This document shows, in pieces, positions 10,661 to 21,853 of a stretch of 64,000 nucleotides of DNA; the first letter of the stretch is position 1, and every line of letters begins with the position of its first letter. Under the pieces are notes generated by a model. It was not told where the DNA came from and ran no database searches. It saw only the letters and a program-made list of their open reading frames with translations. Made by a program: the position numbers and the translations under genes. The stretch comes from Diplonema japonicum (Eukaryota > Protista > Euglenozoa: Diplonemea), in contig OZ025650.1 of assembly GCA_964019335.1 (NCBI GenBank), positions 62,001 to 126,000 on the forward strand, read 5' to 3'.

Positions 10661-12593
10661 TTTTTTAGGGTTTTTTAGGAAAAAATTTTTTAGGGTTTTT
10701 TTTTTTTTAAAAAAATTTTTAAAAAAAAAAAACCGAAGAAGTATGAACATTCTTACTTCTTCTTCCTTTTTTTTTTTTTTTTTTTTGGTACTGTTGTTTG
10801 TTGGAAAAAACCACTTATTAAGCTCACTTCGTTTCTTTCCTTCTGCCTTTTCTTCTAAAAAATTCTTGTTCTGCTTTTTTTTCTTCTTTTCTTTTGTTTC
10901 TCCTTAAAAACGTAACATAGTTGGCACCTTAAGCTGCTCACAGAACGAAGGGGATCACTTCGACACTAACCCTGCCTATTCAAAAGGGAATTCAACTACG
11001 ATGGGGGGGGGGGGGGGGATGGCAACAGCCACTAGAAGATAAAAACCTGCCAAAAAAAATGCTATTATTTTTCCAACGTATTTTTCTTCAGGCACAATTT
11101 AATAGCAAAAAAAAAAAGAAAATGAGAGAGGGGTGTAATAGAGAGACCTGGGGGTGGGGTGGAGGAACAATAAAAGACAACAAAAAAAAAATCGCATTTT
11201 TTTTTCTTTTTTGATGTTTTCTTTTTTTTTTTTTTCTTCGCCTTACTCCTAAAAACAAAAGGAGCCATTTTTTTTTTTTTTTCTTTTTTTTTTTCTTTCA
11301 ACAAACAAAAAAAGACTCAGAAATCGATAAATTTGGGTCGTATACATTCCAAGTCTAAATAAATGAGAGCAACGCTCACCAAAAGAATACCAATATCCTC
11401 CTCCCAAACCACCGGGAGGAGAATGGTTCATAAGCCATACCAAAGAAAGAGAGAGGAGGAAGAAAAGAGTAAGAAGAAGAAAAATATATAGATAAAGGTT
11501 CGTCACCCTGAGCATCTGCAATACGTTCTTCCACAACGGTGCCACATGACCAACAGGAGGTTCAAAAAAGACCAACGCACCTGATGTACTTCATTTTGTA
11601 CCCCCATCACCTTAAAAAAAAAAAAGAACAAAGCAAAAGGGCAGACATTTTTTTTTTTTTATATTTTTTTTTTTATATTTCTTCCTTTTTTTTTTCCCTT
11701 CTCCTTTCTTATCTTTGTTTCTTTTTCTTTTTTTTTTTTCCCTTATATTTTCTTTTGGTTTCTTTCTCTTTTCTTTTTTTTTTTTTCTTTTTTTTCTTTT
11801 TTTTTTTGAAGGCTACAACCCTCATCTTCTTTGCAAAGAGAGGTTGAAAAAAAAAAAAAAAAGAGTGAGGCCTTTCCCCTCCCCTCCTTTTTCTTTTCCT
11901 CTTTTTTTTTGTAATTGATTGAGAATTTTTGAAGGGGAGGAGGGAGGGAGGGGGAACAAAAGGGAGAGCCTAGATTTGGGCACATGGAAGATAAAAAAGA
12001 TTTTAAAAAAAAAAAAACTATTTTTTTTTTTTCGTTGGGGAAAAGGCCCCATGAGGCGAGTCAGCAGTCAAAAAAATAAGTAGGAAAAGAGGAAATGGGC
12101 GTACTTTACTTCCCCATTTGTTTACAAAAAAAAAGGGGGGGGGGGACTTCTCTTACTGGTGGACACCTCCGTTCAAAAGCAGCATTAATCACAAGGGTAT
12201 GCGACCTTTCTCTTTCTTCTTTTTTTTTTTATTCGTATCCCCTCCAGCAAATGAGGCCACAGAAGGTGTATTTGGTGCAGACTTGGTGGATACTCCCTGT
12301 TCAAATGAAATTCTTTTCCTTGATTACAGGAATAGTGCTTTGATATCTCACAGAAAAAAAGGGGGTGGGAGGAAGGAGTAGAGGGGACAAGAAGAAGAGA
12401 AGAAAGCGGTGTTTGTCGATTCTTCATATTAGCTTCATCCACAGTTTTCTTTTTTTTTCTTCTTGGTTTCTACCCCCTCCAGTTCTTTTTTTCTTTTTTT
12501 TTTTTTTTTTTTTTTTTTTGTACCGTTCGTACCATAGTGCTATCTCGGCCTACTGTATATTTTCTTTTTTAAAACAAAGGCCAAAAGCAAGAA

Positions 12594-12629
<36 letters not shown>

Positions 12630-12815
12630 GATCTTTCAGCGTCAAGGTGAAGTCAAACAACACATTGGAGAGAGCTTCCAACCTGTGCGGCGCCACCTCT
12701 CAGACATAGCGTGCCTGGTCCCCGTTTCCTCGTGGTAGGTGGTAGGTGGCCCCTGAAATAACTAGCTTAAGGGGGGGGTGTCATCACACACACGGCGAAA
12801 TCGGGGTCAAAAAAA

Positions 12816-12890
12816 CGGTCCCTCGGGGTTTGAACCCTCGACCCCTGAAACCCTGGCCGAGGGTCCTGACTTACACTGACCTATGGCGGT
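12816..12890 (-). other. Degenerate tRNA-like / Pol III type-2 unit inside a repeat-like island
   Basis: Minus strand has A-box-like TAGGTCAGTG, a D-stem GGTC/GACC, B-box GGTTCAAACC and then T7; acceptor and anticodon stems do not pair. Confidence 0.4.
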
Positions 12891-14895
12891 GTCAGCGGCC
12901 ACCAGATGCAAAAAATGAAGACGAATACCGAAAAAGCCCGAAAATTGCTCAGAGTAAAAATCAGATTTTACCTGATTTTTACAGCACTTTTTTAAGCCAA
13001 ATTCGGCCTATTACCTGATTTTTATTCTTCACTTTATTTTTACTCGTGAACGGTAAAGTGATTTCTGATTTTTATGACTCTTTAGGAATTTCCTCATGTA
13101 ACTTTACAAAATTAAACAATCTTTCCCCACCTTTCATGAAGCGCCATTTTTCTTCTTTTTTTTTCCTTAAATGGCCACATGAAACCTTTTTTGGAGGCTG
13201 GGGGGGGGCTCTATGAAACAAGAAAGTTTTTGTTTTTTGTTTTTTCCTCCCCCCTTTTTCTTTTACTTGCAGCTTGATTCTTGATGCACAAAAAAACAGA
13301 GAAAAAAAAACCCTCCTTTTGTTCATTTTCAGATAAAGAAAGAAAAATCTTTAAAAAAAATTTCTTTTTTTTCAAGATCAAGCTTCGAAAATGGAGCCAA
13401 TGAAGAAAAAAAAGGGGGGGGGAAGGAGAGAGAGAAAGTTGAAACCAAGCCAAGGCGCCACTGCTGCCTCGCCAGCCCCTTTAGAGTAATGGGGAGGGGT
13501 GAGCTCGAGCGGAAGTGCTGGTTTTTCTTTTTTTTATTTTTGAAGTCGGTTTCTTGTTTTTTGCAGTAAAAATGTAGGGAAGGAAGGGCAAAAAAAAAAA
13601 AAAAAAAAAAAAAGGAGGCAAAAGGGGACACATGATGGGGGGTATTTCATTTTTTTTTCTTTGCTTTTTTTTTTCTTTTTTCCCCCCATATCTCGTTTTC
13701 ATTTTCAGAGTGTAAAAATGTATCAAAAAAAAAAAGTTGTTCTTCTTAAAAACTGTGTACCGTAGCCACCTTTTTCTTCGCCTTCTATCAAAACCGAGGA
13801 GGTGCAGTACTAATCTTTGAGCGATATCATCGTTCTTTCGCACGGCTTGTTTTCAGGTGAGGGAAATGCGGAAGGAAACAAAAGGTTCTTTTTTTTTTCC
13901 CGTTGAACTTTTCCAAACCGGGTACAGCCATTGCATGTAAAGAGAATTCCTTTTTGTTTCCCCCCCCCTTTTTTCTTTTCTATATTTTTTTAGTGTACAC
14001 AGGAAACTATCGAAATATCTATTTTAACCAGGGCTTTCCAATTCTTTTTATTTCTACTTTGGTGGAAAAATGGTGAAAAAAAAGAATAGAACGCGAATTT
14101 AAACTATATTTCTATATTTAGCGGTAATCATTTGAAAAATCACTCTGTTGCTCACTGCGCTTCTTGAACTGCATTACATGGGCATTTTCTTTTTTCTTTT
14201 CTTTTTGGCTTTGGGAGAAATTAAAAAAAAAAAAAAAAAAGCTAGAAAAAAAAAAATGTCACTTCCATATACAAAAAAATAAAAATAAAAATTACGGGGG
14301 GGAAGGGGGGATTTTTTGCCTCAAGCAAACTCGATGAAGAGCTGCAGTGGAGTATAGGGAGATTTAAAAAAAAAGGAAAAAAAAAAAAAAAAAAAAAAAA
14401 AAAGGGAGGCCTTGGCCATATATGCGCAGGCTAGAAACCAAGTTTAAATACTAAAGCAGTGTACTGCCACGTGCCCTTTTTTTGTTCAGATAAAGCCTTG
14501 ATGACTTTTTTTTTTTTTCTCTTTTTTTTTTTTGCACACAAAAATAAAAATGAAAAAGGGGGAGATGGCTCAAGGATCAAGGACCCTCAAGTTTCCGACT
14601 GCACCCGCTTTAAACAAATAAAAATAAAAAAATGAAAATCGAAACACAGTGGTAAATCTTAAGTGGGGGAGTCTCTGTCAACAAAAACACCCCCTCCCCT
14701 CTTTCTTGAGCCACTATGGTCTTTTCATTTTTTTGCTCGTTCATCCACTACCCGTAACTTCTTTTTTTTTCTTCTTCTTCCCCCTTTTACAGGAGAGTGG
14801 GGGAATGGTAGAAAAGAAACCGGTTAAAAAGAAATTTAAAAAATAAAATAAAACATGTATCTCAAAAAAACTTTCTTGTTTTCGTTCTGTATCAT

Positions 14896-14934
<39 letters not shown>

Positions 14935-14990
14935 CAAGAAACGGGAAAACCAAAAACTAAACAAAAAAACAAAAACTTTTATTTATATTG

Positions 14991-15063
14991 TCATTCATTT
15001 TCCTTAAAAGCAGTGTTTGAACATTGGACAACCTCCCTATGTTTTTTTTTTTTTTTTTCAAAT

Positions 15064-15095
<32 letters not shown>

Positions 15096-15491
15096 ACACC
15101 GTATAGATCTCATAAGACTGTTCAATTTTTCGTTGGGCACTGCCTTTATGACCAGCTTGGGCTGGAGGGGGGGCAACACAAATGACACTCGTCTGTGGGG
15201 TGACTGGACTGTGGTAGAATTCTCACTGGAAATTGGGCTGAGAGGAGCGGATAGAGTAGATCTAGTAGAGAGAGCAAATGACGAAGTGGAACAAACAGAG
15301 CCCGTTCTGCTAGGAGCTTTTGAATCACCCCTGGGCCTTGCAATCCAAGCACTTTTATCCACCAATAACGTATTTGTTCTCCCCCTCCTGCCCCGGCTCA
15401 GCGCGAGCGGAACCTCAGGTTCGTCTTCCCGTTGCTCCCGAAGCGCCTTGCATAGCATAACACCGCTCCCTGATGATGCTTCACCCTTCAT
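14991..15491 (-). CDS. Small Ser-rich hypothetical protein, 1 probable intron (15037-15099)
   Basis: ORF MKGEASSGSG... with an RRVSF motif; a GTGTG...CATAG intron gives a clean C-terminus REVVQCSNTAFKENE*. Confidence 0.4.
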
Positions 15492-15709
15492 TTTCTTGTC
15501 CTGAGGTGAACTTAAGAAGTGTTGTAACATCAAGAGAAACAACTTTTTTTTTTTTCTGACAGAAAAAAATATGTCTTTTTTTTTTTTCTCCTCTCTGATC
15601 TACGCTACTTCCCCACCCCTATCACAACGGGGGAAAAAAAAAAGAAGGAAAAAAAAAAAAAAACATAAAACACGAAGCACCAGCGTATCCCCAAACCGTA
15701 ACCGTAGTC

Positions 15710-16195
15710 TTAACGGTACGACTTGGCGTACCTGGACCTGGCACCGGAACCACCGAACTTCTTCATTTCGGTGCGGCGAGGGTCAGCGATGAGGAGGGTA
15801 CGGTCCTGGTTCATGTAGGCGTCCTTGATCTCCATCTTAGACTGTATTTTTTTTTTTTTTTTTTTTTCTTCTTTCCCACATACGGGCTCGTCAACGAACT
15901 TCTGGTAGTAGGCAACCACTGCCTTGGCGATGGCCTGGCGGAGCGCGAAGATCTGGCTGGTGTGACCACCACCCCTCACCCTGAGCCTCATGTCGAGGTT
16001 CCTGAACTTAGCCTTACCGGCCAGCAGGATGGGCTCCTGAAGCTTCAGGCGGAGACCCTCAGGCTTCACGTTGTTGAGGGGGATACCGTTCACCCTGATA
16101 AGGCCCTTACCCTTCTGGCAGGTCACCACCGCGATGGCGTGCTTCTTCTTCCCATAGGTCTGGACCTTCTGGACTGCGGGCTTGGCGTCAGACAT
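15710..16195 (-). CDS. RPS16: 40S ribosomal protein S16 (uS9), 1 in-frame intron (15842-15883)
   Basis: [42 protein letters not shown]...KSYR; the non-conserved [14 protein letters not shown] is exactly a 42-nt GTATG...TACAG intron. Confidence 0.97.
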   Translation of the reverse strand: MSDAKPAVQKVQTYGKKKHAIAVVTCQKGKGLIRVNGIPLNNVKPEGLRLKLQEPILLAGKAKFRNLDMRLRVRGGGHTSQIFALRQAIAKAVVAYYQKFVDEPVCGKEEKKKKKKIQSKMEIKDAYMNQDRTLLIADPRRTEMKKFGGSGARSRYAKSYR

Positions 16196-16292
16196 TTTTT
16201 TGAAAAAGTTAAACCTCCTGAGGGGTGTCTGGTCCTCTTTCTTATTTGTAGATGTTTAAAAAATAAATAAAAAAGGGGGGGTGACATCCCCC

Positions 16293-17666
16293 TTATCTTT
16301 TTCTTGTCTTTTTTTCCACCATCTCCTCAGCCAACCGTTGAACAGCCACCTCAGTGAATTTCGTCAGCAACTCCTGCCAGGTTTCTAAACGAACGTTATC
16401 CGCTTCGATCATCTCACGTACTGAGGGGTCAAGCTGTGGTGCTGAGGTCGGGGTGTCCCCCAAGCGTGTAGGGGGGGTCTCTAGAGCTGTTTGCGTGAGA
16501 TAATCATTTGCAAGGTGCGACCCTTTCCTGATGAGTTTGAAGGCGCCAGGCACGTCGTAGCCCAGCTGCGTGATGGGGTCCTTGTACTTCCACATTTTAA
16601 TAAATAAGTGGCCTGACTCTTCGACCCCTTTGAAGTGGTCCCGTGTGTAGTCCACTTCATAAGGAGCTGGGTATTTTTCTACAAAGCTGTATAGAGATTT
16701 TCCATTTTTCAATCCTTTTATCACCACCTTCGGTCCTTCTAGCCTCCGGCGTTTTTTAAGTGCTTCTCGCTGCTCTGCCCGAAGGTCTTCTGCTCGTTTC
16801 ATCTTCTCAACAATCAGAGCGAGGGAGTCGGATGTGTCTTTTGCGAGCCTTGCTGCTGTGGCCAGTCGCTGTTTCTGCCAGTCTTTTGCTTGTTTTGCGG
16901 TAATGCATCTCCCTTTGCCCGAGCGCTTTGCGGCTGGTTTTAGTATGCTTTTCTCCTGGACGGTCGCTTTGCTCGAGACTGTCTCGCTTTCGGATTCTTC
17001 ATCTTCTTCGTCTTCTTCGTCCTCTTCATGTTCCGACGAGCTGTCATCGTCGTTGACGACAGAGAGCTTCACCTCGTCGCCTTCCTTGCAGTTTGACAGA
17101 ACGGTTTCGACTTGGTGCATCCAAGAAACGCTCCTCCCGTTGATGAACTGGATTCGTTTCCCCTCGGGAAGCCCCTTAACGCTGGACTTGGCGATGACAG
17201 GTGGGATGCGTGAAGGCGGCCGCCACGGTGCCGCAGGCTCCGGCAGCTCCACGAAGGTGATCGGCAATGGGAGCTTCACAGTGTGCGTCGTCACATCAGA
17301 CAGCATCCCCCTTATGATGGGGTCCATGGTGGAAGACCGTGCTATGGTGGACCTCCGCTTCGGCTTCTGTTCATCCGAGTCCTCATCGTCATCGTCATCA
17401 TCGTCGTCATTACTGTCCCACCCACTGTGCAGCTCTTCGTTTAGCACATCTTTCAGCTCCTCGCTCCCTGCTTTCCACGTCCCGTCCGACTCACAACTTT
17501 TGAAATGGTCCTGGTCGTAATACTCAGCATCCTCTTCGCTGAACTCTTCTCGCAGCTTAACATTCCTCCTTGTTCTAGTCCTCACATTCGTCTCACACTG
17601 CCAGCTCATGTCACTGTTCGTTTCTGTCGCCGTCGACTCATCTTCGTCTTCGCTGGTGTCGGACAT
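16293..17666 (-). CDS. Vps72/YL1 (SWC2)-like protein
   Basis: Acidic N-terminus with RTRRN...EEDAEYY...F; YL1-C-like KYKDPITQLGYDVPGAFKLIR; ATG at 17666 after an A-rich leader. Confidence 0.7.
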   Translation of the reverse strand: MSDTSEDEDESTATETNSDMSWQCETNVRTRTRRNVKLREEFSEEDAEYYDQDHFKSCESDGTWKAGSEELKDVLNEELHSGWDSNDDDDDDDDEDSDEQKPKRRSTIARSSTMDPIIRGMLSDVTTHTVKLPLPITFVELPEPAAPWRPPSRIPPVIAKSSVKGLPEGKRIQFINGRSVSWMHQVETVLSNCKEGDEVKLSVVNDDDSSSEHEEDEEDEEDEESESETVSSKATVQEKSILKPAAKRSGKGRCITAKQAKDWQKQRLATAARLAKDTSDSLALIVEKMKRAEDLRAEQREALKKRRRLEGPKVVIKGLKNGKSLYSFVEKYPAPYEVDYTRDHFKGVEESGHLFIKMWKYKDPITQLGYDVPGAFKLIRKGSHLANDYLTQTALETPPTRLGDTPTSAPQLDPSVREMIEADNVRLETWQELLTKFTEVAVQRLAEEMVEKKTRKR

Positions 17667-17754
17667 CTTTTTTTTATCTTCTTTTTCCCCCCTCTCTTTG
17701 GATAACATTTGATTATAACTCTTGGTTCTGTCATTTCCACTGTACTGTACTAAT

Positions 17755-19611
17755 CTACTTGCTAGGAGGCTTCGGGTAAGGGTCTGTCTTTGCGAGCCAC
17801 TCCATCCATATGTCGCGCTCTTCGACGTTGAGCTGCAGTGTGTAGGTAACGGTGGTGTGCGCAGGGTTTCTACTTGTGGTGGTGATCTGCATCCCACCCG
17901 GCACCGTCGCGTGCTTCGAGAAGCTGGTGATGTTCGCTAATTTAATTACGTCGGTTGTCCCGCCTGCAACGGAGAGCAGCTCGATCGCTAGCTCCACAGG
18001 CAGCAACGCAATGCCGGGTGCCCGTGTCTTGTCCACTACTCGCCGTGTCTGGATCAAGCGCACCACCGGAGCTGCTGGTGTATGCATGATGCATCTTCCG
18101 ACAGGAAAGGGTGTTTTCTGCAGATGTTCAGCAGACACAAATCCGTTGTAAGCAGCTTGTGGTGTTGTAGGTGACGACTCTTGTTGCAGTGCTTCACTGG
18201 AATCCTGGCTGAAAATCTTCGAGTAGGAGTTCCCTCTGCCTTTCCTCTTATACGAAAGAGAGGGCACCTCAATGCACACAGGGGAGTAGGTCCCTCGGAA
18301 TATCTGCGTGTACTTGCTGCGATCGCCCGGTGCAACATTGTCGCGGTAGGGTGCCACTGGGCCTGTGTAGGACGGCTGCTGTGTGGCGCTGGACGGCGTC
18401 GTCGGTGTGGAGGGGCTTGCAACCGGTGGTACCCTGTACCTCGACTTGAGCGTCGACGACCTGAGTTTAAGACTGTGCTTTTGGTCGCAGCTGTGGTTCG
18501 CCATTTCAAGAAGCTGCCTCCTACTGAGTTCTAGTCTTGCCCGCAGCCTGTCCACCTCCCATCTGCCTGCGGTGGAGGTCCCTCCGCGGAAGGACATTTC
18601 GTACGCATCGACCTCTTCTCCCAACTTCTCAAGTGTTAGGAAGGCGCGCTTCAGCAGCTTCCTCCAGTCGTCGTAGCGCAGCTTGATGATGTCAAGGTCA
18701 GCAGCGATATCCAGAGGGCTGAAGTGTGCGGTCAGCATTTCCTCAGACAACCGGAAAAGCTCTAAGTCTGTCAGTTTGTTGAGAGGCAGGTGCTGCTTCA
18801 GCATTGCTACGCTCTCTTCACACTTCTCAACATCGTGACTGCCCATCGCACTGTGCTTCTTGTGAAACGCCACCTGGTTCTCCACAGCATCCAGCAGCAC
18901 CGTTGACACCGCCGAGAGCTGCGCTTTTAGCTCGCGAAGCTCCTTTTCAAGCAACCCGACTGCACGGGCAAGGCCGTCTGCGCGTGGCCCTGTGCCTGTG
19001 CGGTTGCCCTGTGGGCTGTGGGGGTGTTCGTAGGTCGTTGATTCAGCTTGCTGCTGAACCTTTGGAATGGGTGAGGGAAGGGTGTGGTGGCCACCCTTCT
19101 CTAGCGTGCGGAAGGTTTCAAGGTCGACTTCGTGGGCACGGGAATACTCGGATGTGGAGAACTGGGGAGATGGCGAGGCTGTGGTGGTGCTCTTCCGGTA
19201 CGTGGGGGAAAGGGGCAAGCGCATGACACGTCGGGCATGCGTGGGGGGGGACGCAGGGGCAGTGGGGACAGGCTCTTCCGGAAGGGTGATTGCAGAGTGC
19301 ATCGCGCTACCAGTGACACTTGTACTGTTTGAAGCTAAACTAGGGACCTGTGTCATGGGGATGGTCAAGTCGTTCTCTCCTACCACAGATGAGAATGGGG
19401 ACGAGGCCGTTGAGTAGATTACGCGATCACTCTCATCTGTGAGCCGGCTCTGCTCCGGCGTCACTGGCAGCCCCATTGTCATCTCACTCCGATCCCCTCC
19501 CTCCACACCCCCTAAACTAACCCACTCCCCCTTTGCCTCCGAGATGCCTCCATTTAAGTTCGCGACTTCTTCGTGCCCTACATTTAGCATCCCAACCTGA
19601 AGGCTGCACAT
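17755..19611 (-). CDS. Hypothetical coiled-coil protein with possible C-terminal PH-like fold
   Basis: ORF over 600 aa; ends IKLANITSF...TYTLQLNVEERDIWMEWL (PH-type terminal helix with Trp); start uncertain. Confidence 0.55.
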   Translation of the reverse strand: MCSLQVGMLNVGHEEVANLNGGISEAKGEWVSLGGVEGGDRSEMTMGLPVTPEQSRLTDESDRVIYSTASSPFSSVVGENDLTIPMTQVPSLASNSTSVTGSAMHSAITLPEEPVPTAPASPPTHARRVMRLPLSPTYRKSTTTASPSPQFSTSEYSRAHEVDLETFRTLEKGGHHTLPSPIPKVQQQAESTTYEHPHSPQGNRTGTGPRADGLARAVGLLEKELRELKAQLSAVSTVLLDAVENQVAFHKKHSAMGSHDVEKCEESVAMLKQHLPLNKLTDLELFRLSEEMLTAHFSPLDIAADLDIIKLRYDDWRKLLKRAFLTLEKLGEEVDAYEMSFRGGTSTAGRWEVDRLRARLELSRRQLLEMANHSCDQKHSLKLRSSTLKSRYRVPPVASPSTPTTPSSATQQPSYTGPVAPYRDNVAPGDRSKYTQIFRGTYSPVCIEVPSLSYKRKGRGNSYSKIFSQDSSEALQQESSPTTPQAAYNGFVSAEHLQKTPFPVGRCIMHTPAAPVVRLIQTRRVVDKTRAPGIALLPVELAIELLSVAGGTTDVIKLANITSFSKHATVPGGMQITTTSRNPAHTTVTYTLQLNVEERDIWMEWLAKTDPYPKPPSK

Positions 19612-19872
19612 GGTGTTGGACAGCAACGAAAAGGGGGAATTCTAACACAAGAAAAAAAGGTACTCTTTCTTTCAATTAGGGAGGTAGGGGATGTAATAAT
19701 AAGGACATAAACAAAAAAAAAAAAGAAATACAACAAAAAAAAGGGGGTTTAGAAAAGGTTGTCTTTTATATGGCTGTGGCAGAACCGGCGCTTCTCGGAA
19801 GGTATCGAGACGGAGTCCCGTACGAAGCGGGGGGCTGTGTGTTTGTTTATTTATATTCACCCCAAGACAATA

Positions 19873-20994
19873 TCATACGTGTGACCATGGTGACTGGCCG
19901 AGCTGGCTTACGGTAGGGAGGGTGCGGATGGGGGATGAAGAGGCAGGTGTCTCAGCAGGCAGAGGGTTGAGGGAAGGCGTAGCGGTCTGAGGTTGCGGCG
20001 CGTACTGAGATTGACAGGTGTACTTGGAAAGATCATTTGTAAGTTTTTCAATTCGTCTCTTGGGAGTCTGGTGAAGGGAAGAAGGGTTGCGGGACCTGAA
20101 TCTAGCAAGCCTCGGACTGGGCGAGGAGTAGTCCTCATCAGCACTATCGACGTCGGCGAGGTGCTCCAACGCCTCTACGTACCTTGCAGGAGGGACTATG
20201 TTGTACGGCTTGACCAACTTGCTCAACTCCTTCCCGTTCATGGTAGGGAACCTGATCAGCTCCATCAAAGGAGCGCACAGCTCCGTGGCTTCCCGGGACA
20301 CCGGTCCAGGAATCTCAGGCATCTCTTCACCAACTTGTGCTGTCGCCCACTTCACCACGGCTGTAAACAGCTTGTACTCCTCAACCGGGAGAGGCTCCAA
20401 CGACAACAGTGCTTTCAGCCCAGGAAGCGCTATCTTGCGAAGGGAGTCTGCCTCGAGGATGCGGGGGAGGAGTCCGGGCTGTTGCAGCTTTTCAGTACAT
20501 TTTGATTTCAGGTGTTGCAAACTGCAGATCTCGGCAACTTCAAGATTCATGAGAAGCCCATCTGCAGAAAGGTTAGCACAGAGAAAGCCTTCACAAGCAT
20601 CGACCAGCTGTCCGATCTGATACCGGTGGGCGAGGAGGAGGACGGAGTGGACGCACTCATACGCGACGTTGATGGTGCTGGAGTACAGGTACTTCATTAG
20701 AGTCCCGAAGGTCTGCGGGTCGACGGAGTCATCAAGCCTGATCTCTTTCAAGCCGTCCCATTTCCCGCCGCTGGACAGGAGGTGCAAGAAGACCTGTGAC
20801 CTTGATGCCAAAACAAGCTTGCTTGCATGCACTACATCTGTCCCGCTGCTGAACTTAAACGTCACATCACTAAACCTATCATCACCATACAGCACAAGCA
20901 TATCACTCTTGATGGTCTCGTCGCTGAAGCTCATGTCCATCGCAGGCTGCACTCGGCCAGGGATCTCGGGTGGCTTCAGGTGGGAATAGTTCAT
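19873..20994 (-). CDS. BTB/POZ-BACK domain protein
   Basis: FSDVTF...HASKLVLASRSQVF, FGTLMKYLYS, EYKLFTAVVKW, LIRFPTM. Confidence 0.9.
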   Translation of the reverse strand: MNYSHLKPPEIPGRVQPAMDMSFSDETIKSDMLVLYGDDRFSDVTFKFSSGTDVVHASKLVLASRSQVFLHLLSSGGKWDGLKEIRLDDSVDPQTFGTLMKYLYSSTINVAYECVHSVLLLAHRYQIGQLVDACEGFLCANLSADGLLMNLEVAEICSLQHLKSKCTEKLQQPGLLPRILEADSLRKIALPGLKALLSLEPLPVEEYKLFTAVVKWATAQVGEEMPEIPGPVSREATELCAPLMELIRFPTMNGKELSKLVKPYNIVPPARYVEALEHLADVDSADEDYSSPSPRLARFRSRNPSSLHQTPKRRIEKLTNDLSKYTCQSQYAPQPQTATPSLNPLPAETPASSSPIRTLPTVSQLGQSPWSHV

Positions 20995-21099
20995 TTTCTT
21001 CTTTTTTTTTTTTTTCCTTTTCCCCTTTCCGTCTTTTTTTTATACTTAGCTTGGCGGCACCAATCTCTTTGCAAATAAGGTGACAGGTGACAACTTAAG

Positions 21100-21375
21100 C
21101 TAATCCCTCAAAGCCTCGCGAAGCCTGGCCTCCTCCATCTTAAGACAAAGGTACCGCTGCCTTTCCTTCTTACTCGAAAAGAGCTCTTCAAGCTCCGCCT
21201 GCGTCGGAAGCACCGCTACAGCGTTGATTTCCTTCTTTTGTTTGCATTCTTTCTGTTCTTCTCCTGTCTCGTCCATCCATGCTCTGCTCTCCCAGACATC
21301 CTGTGGTGCCACGGGTAAAGGCTTATTGCTGCAGTACAGGTTAATGAGGTGCAGTGCACGATCCCGGTCAGTCAT
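21100..21375 (-). CDS. Small hypothetical protein
   Basis: 91-aa ORF from MTDRDRAL, preceded by a pyrimidine tract and AG. Confidence 0.45.
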   Translation of the reverse strand: MTDRDRALHLINLYCSNKPLPVAPQDVWESRAWMDETGEEQKECKQKKEINAVAVLPTQAELEELFSSKKERQRYLCLKMEEARLREALRD

Positions 21376-21385
21376 TTCATATAAG

Positions 21386-21428
21386 CTTGTGGGGAAATAA
21401 AAAACACAAGAAAAATGAAACAAAAAGG
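21386..21428 (-). promoter_or_regulatory. Putative SL trans-splice acceptor (polypyrimidine tract plus AG)
   Basis: Minus strand CCTTTTTGTTTCATTTT...TTTATTTCCCCACAAG fills most of the 67-bp gap between two co-oriented genes. Confidence 0.45.
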
Positions 21429-21442
21429 AGTATTGGATAAAA

Positions 21443-21853
21443 CTATGCCTCTTCTTCTTGCTGTTGTTGCTGTTTTTTGGTGATTCTTCGCAAGGTGTCC
21501 AACTCCTTCATGCGCATCAAGGCCTTCTTCTCCTCCACCCACGCGTCGTCCTGGCCTTGGGTGGACATCTCCCCTGTTAGCTTCAATGCTGTTTCGTGCG
21601 CTATTTTATCAATCTCTACCTTGTGCCGTAGCTGGATGGAATAATACACAATACCCAGGGTGACACCCCCCCACACCCAGAGGAAATAAAACCTTCTCAT
21701 TGCAATATTGTTCAAGCCCATCGCCTTCTGCACCCCTTCCCACGTGCTCCAGTCTTCACCATTTAGCATATCTTTAAACACCGGTTCTTTCCTTCTCTCT
21801 CCTGTACTGTGTTGCCGAAGCAATGTAGTAGCTCTCCTGGCCGAACGGAACAT
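21443..21853 (-). CDS. Small single-pass membrane protein, probable mitochondrial presequence
   Basis: MFRSARRATTLLRQHS; TM FYFLWVWGGVTLGIVYYSI; A-rich leader. Confidence 0.65.
   Translation of the reverse strand: MFRSARRATTLLRQHSTGERRKEPVFKDMLNGEDWSTWEGVQKAMGLNNIAMRRFYFLWVWGGVTLGIVYYSIQLRHKVEIDKIAHETALKLTGEMSTQGQDDAWVEEKKALMRMKELDTLRRITKKQQQQQEEEA

Noticed and set aside
10625-10735. TTTTTTAGGG motifs suggesting telomeric repeats
   Set aside because: Only 2-3 irregular units within alternating T/A runs; more likely slippage duplication or a poor-quality patch
12700-12787. Possible C/D snoRNA on the minus strand (GTGATGA...CTGA)
   Set aside because: No terminal stem or recognisable rRNA guide, and it straddles the apparent repeat boundary
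12816-12890. Functional tRNA gene
   Set aside because: Acceptor and anticodon stems do not pair and the T-stem has only 3 bp; kept only as tRNA-like
9875-14953. Poly-Lys and poly-Phe ORFs in spacers
   Set aside because: They are translations of A/T homopolymers, often from non-ATG starts
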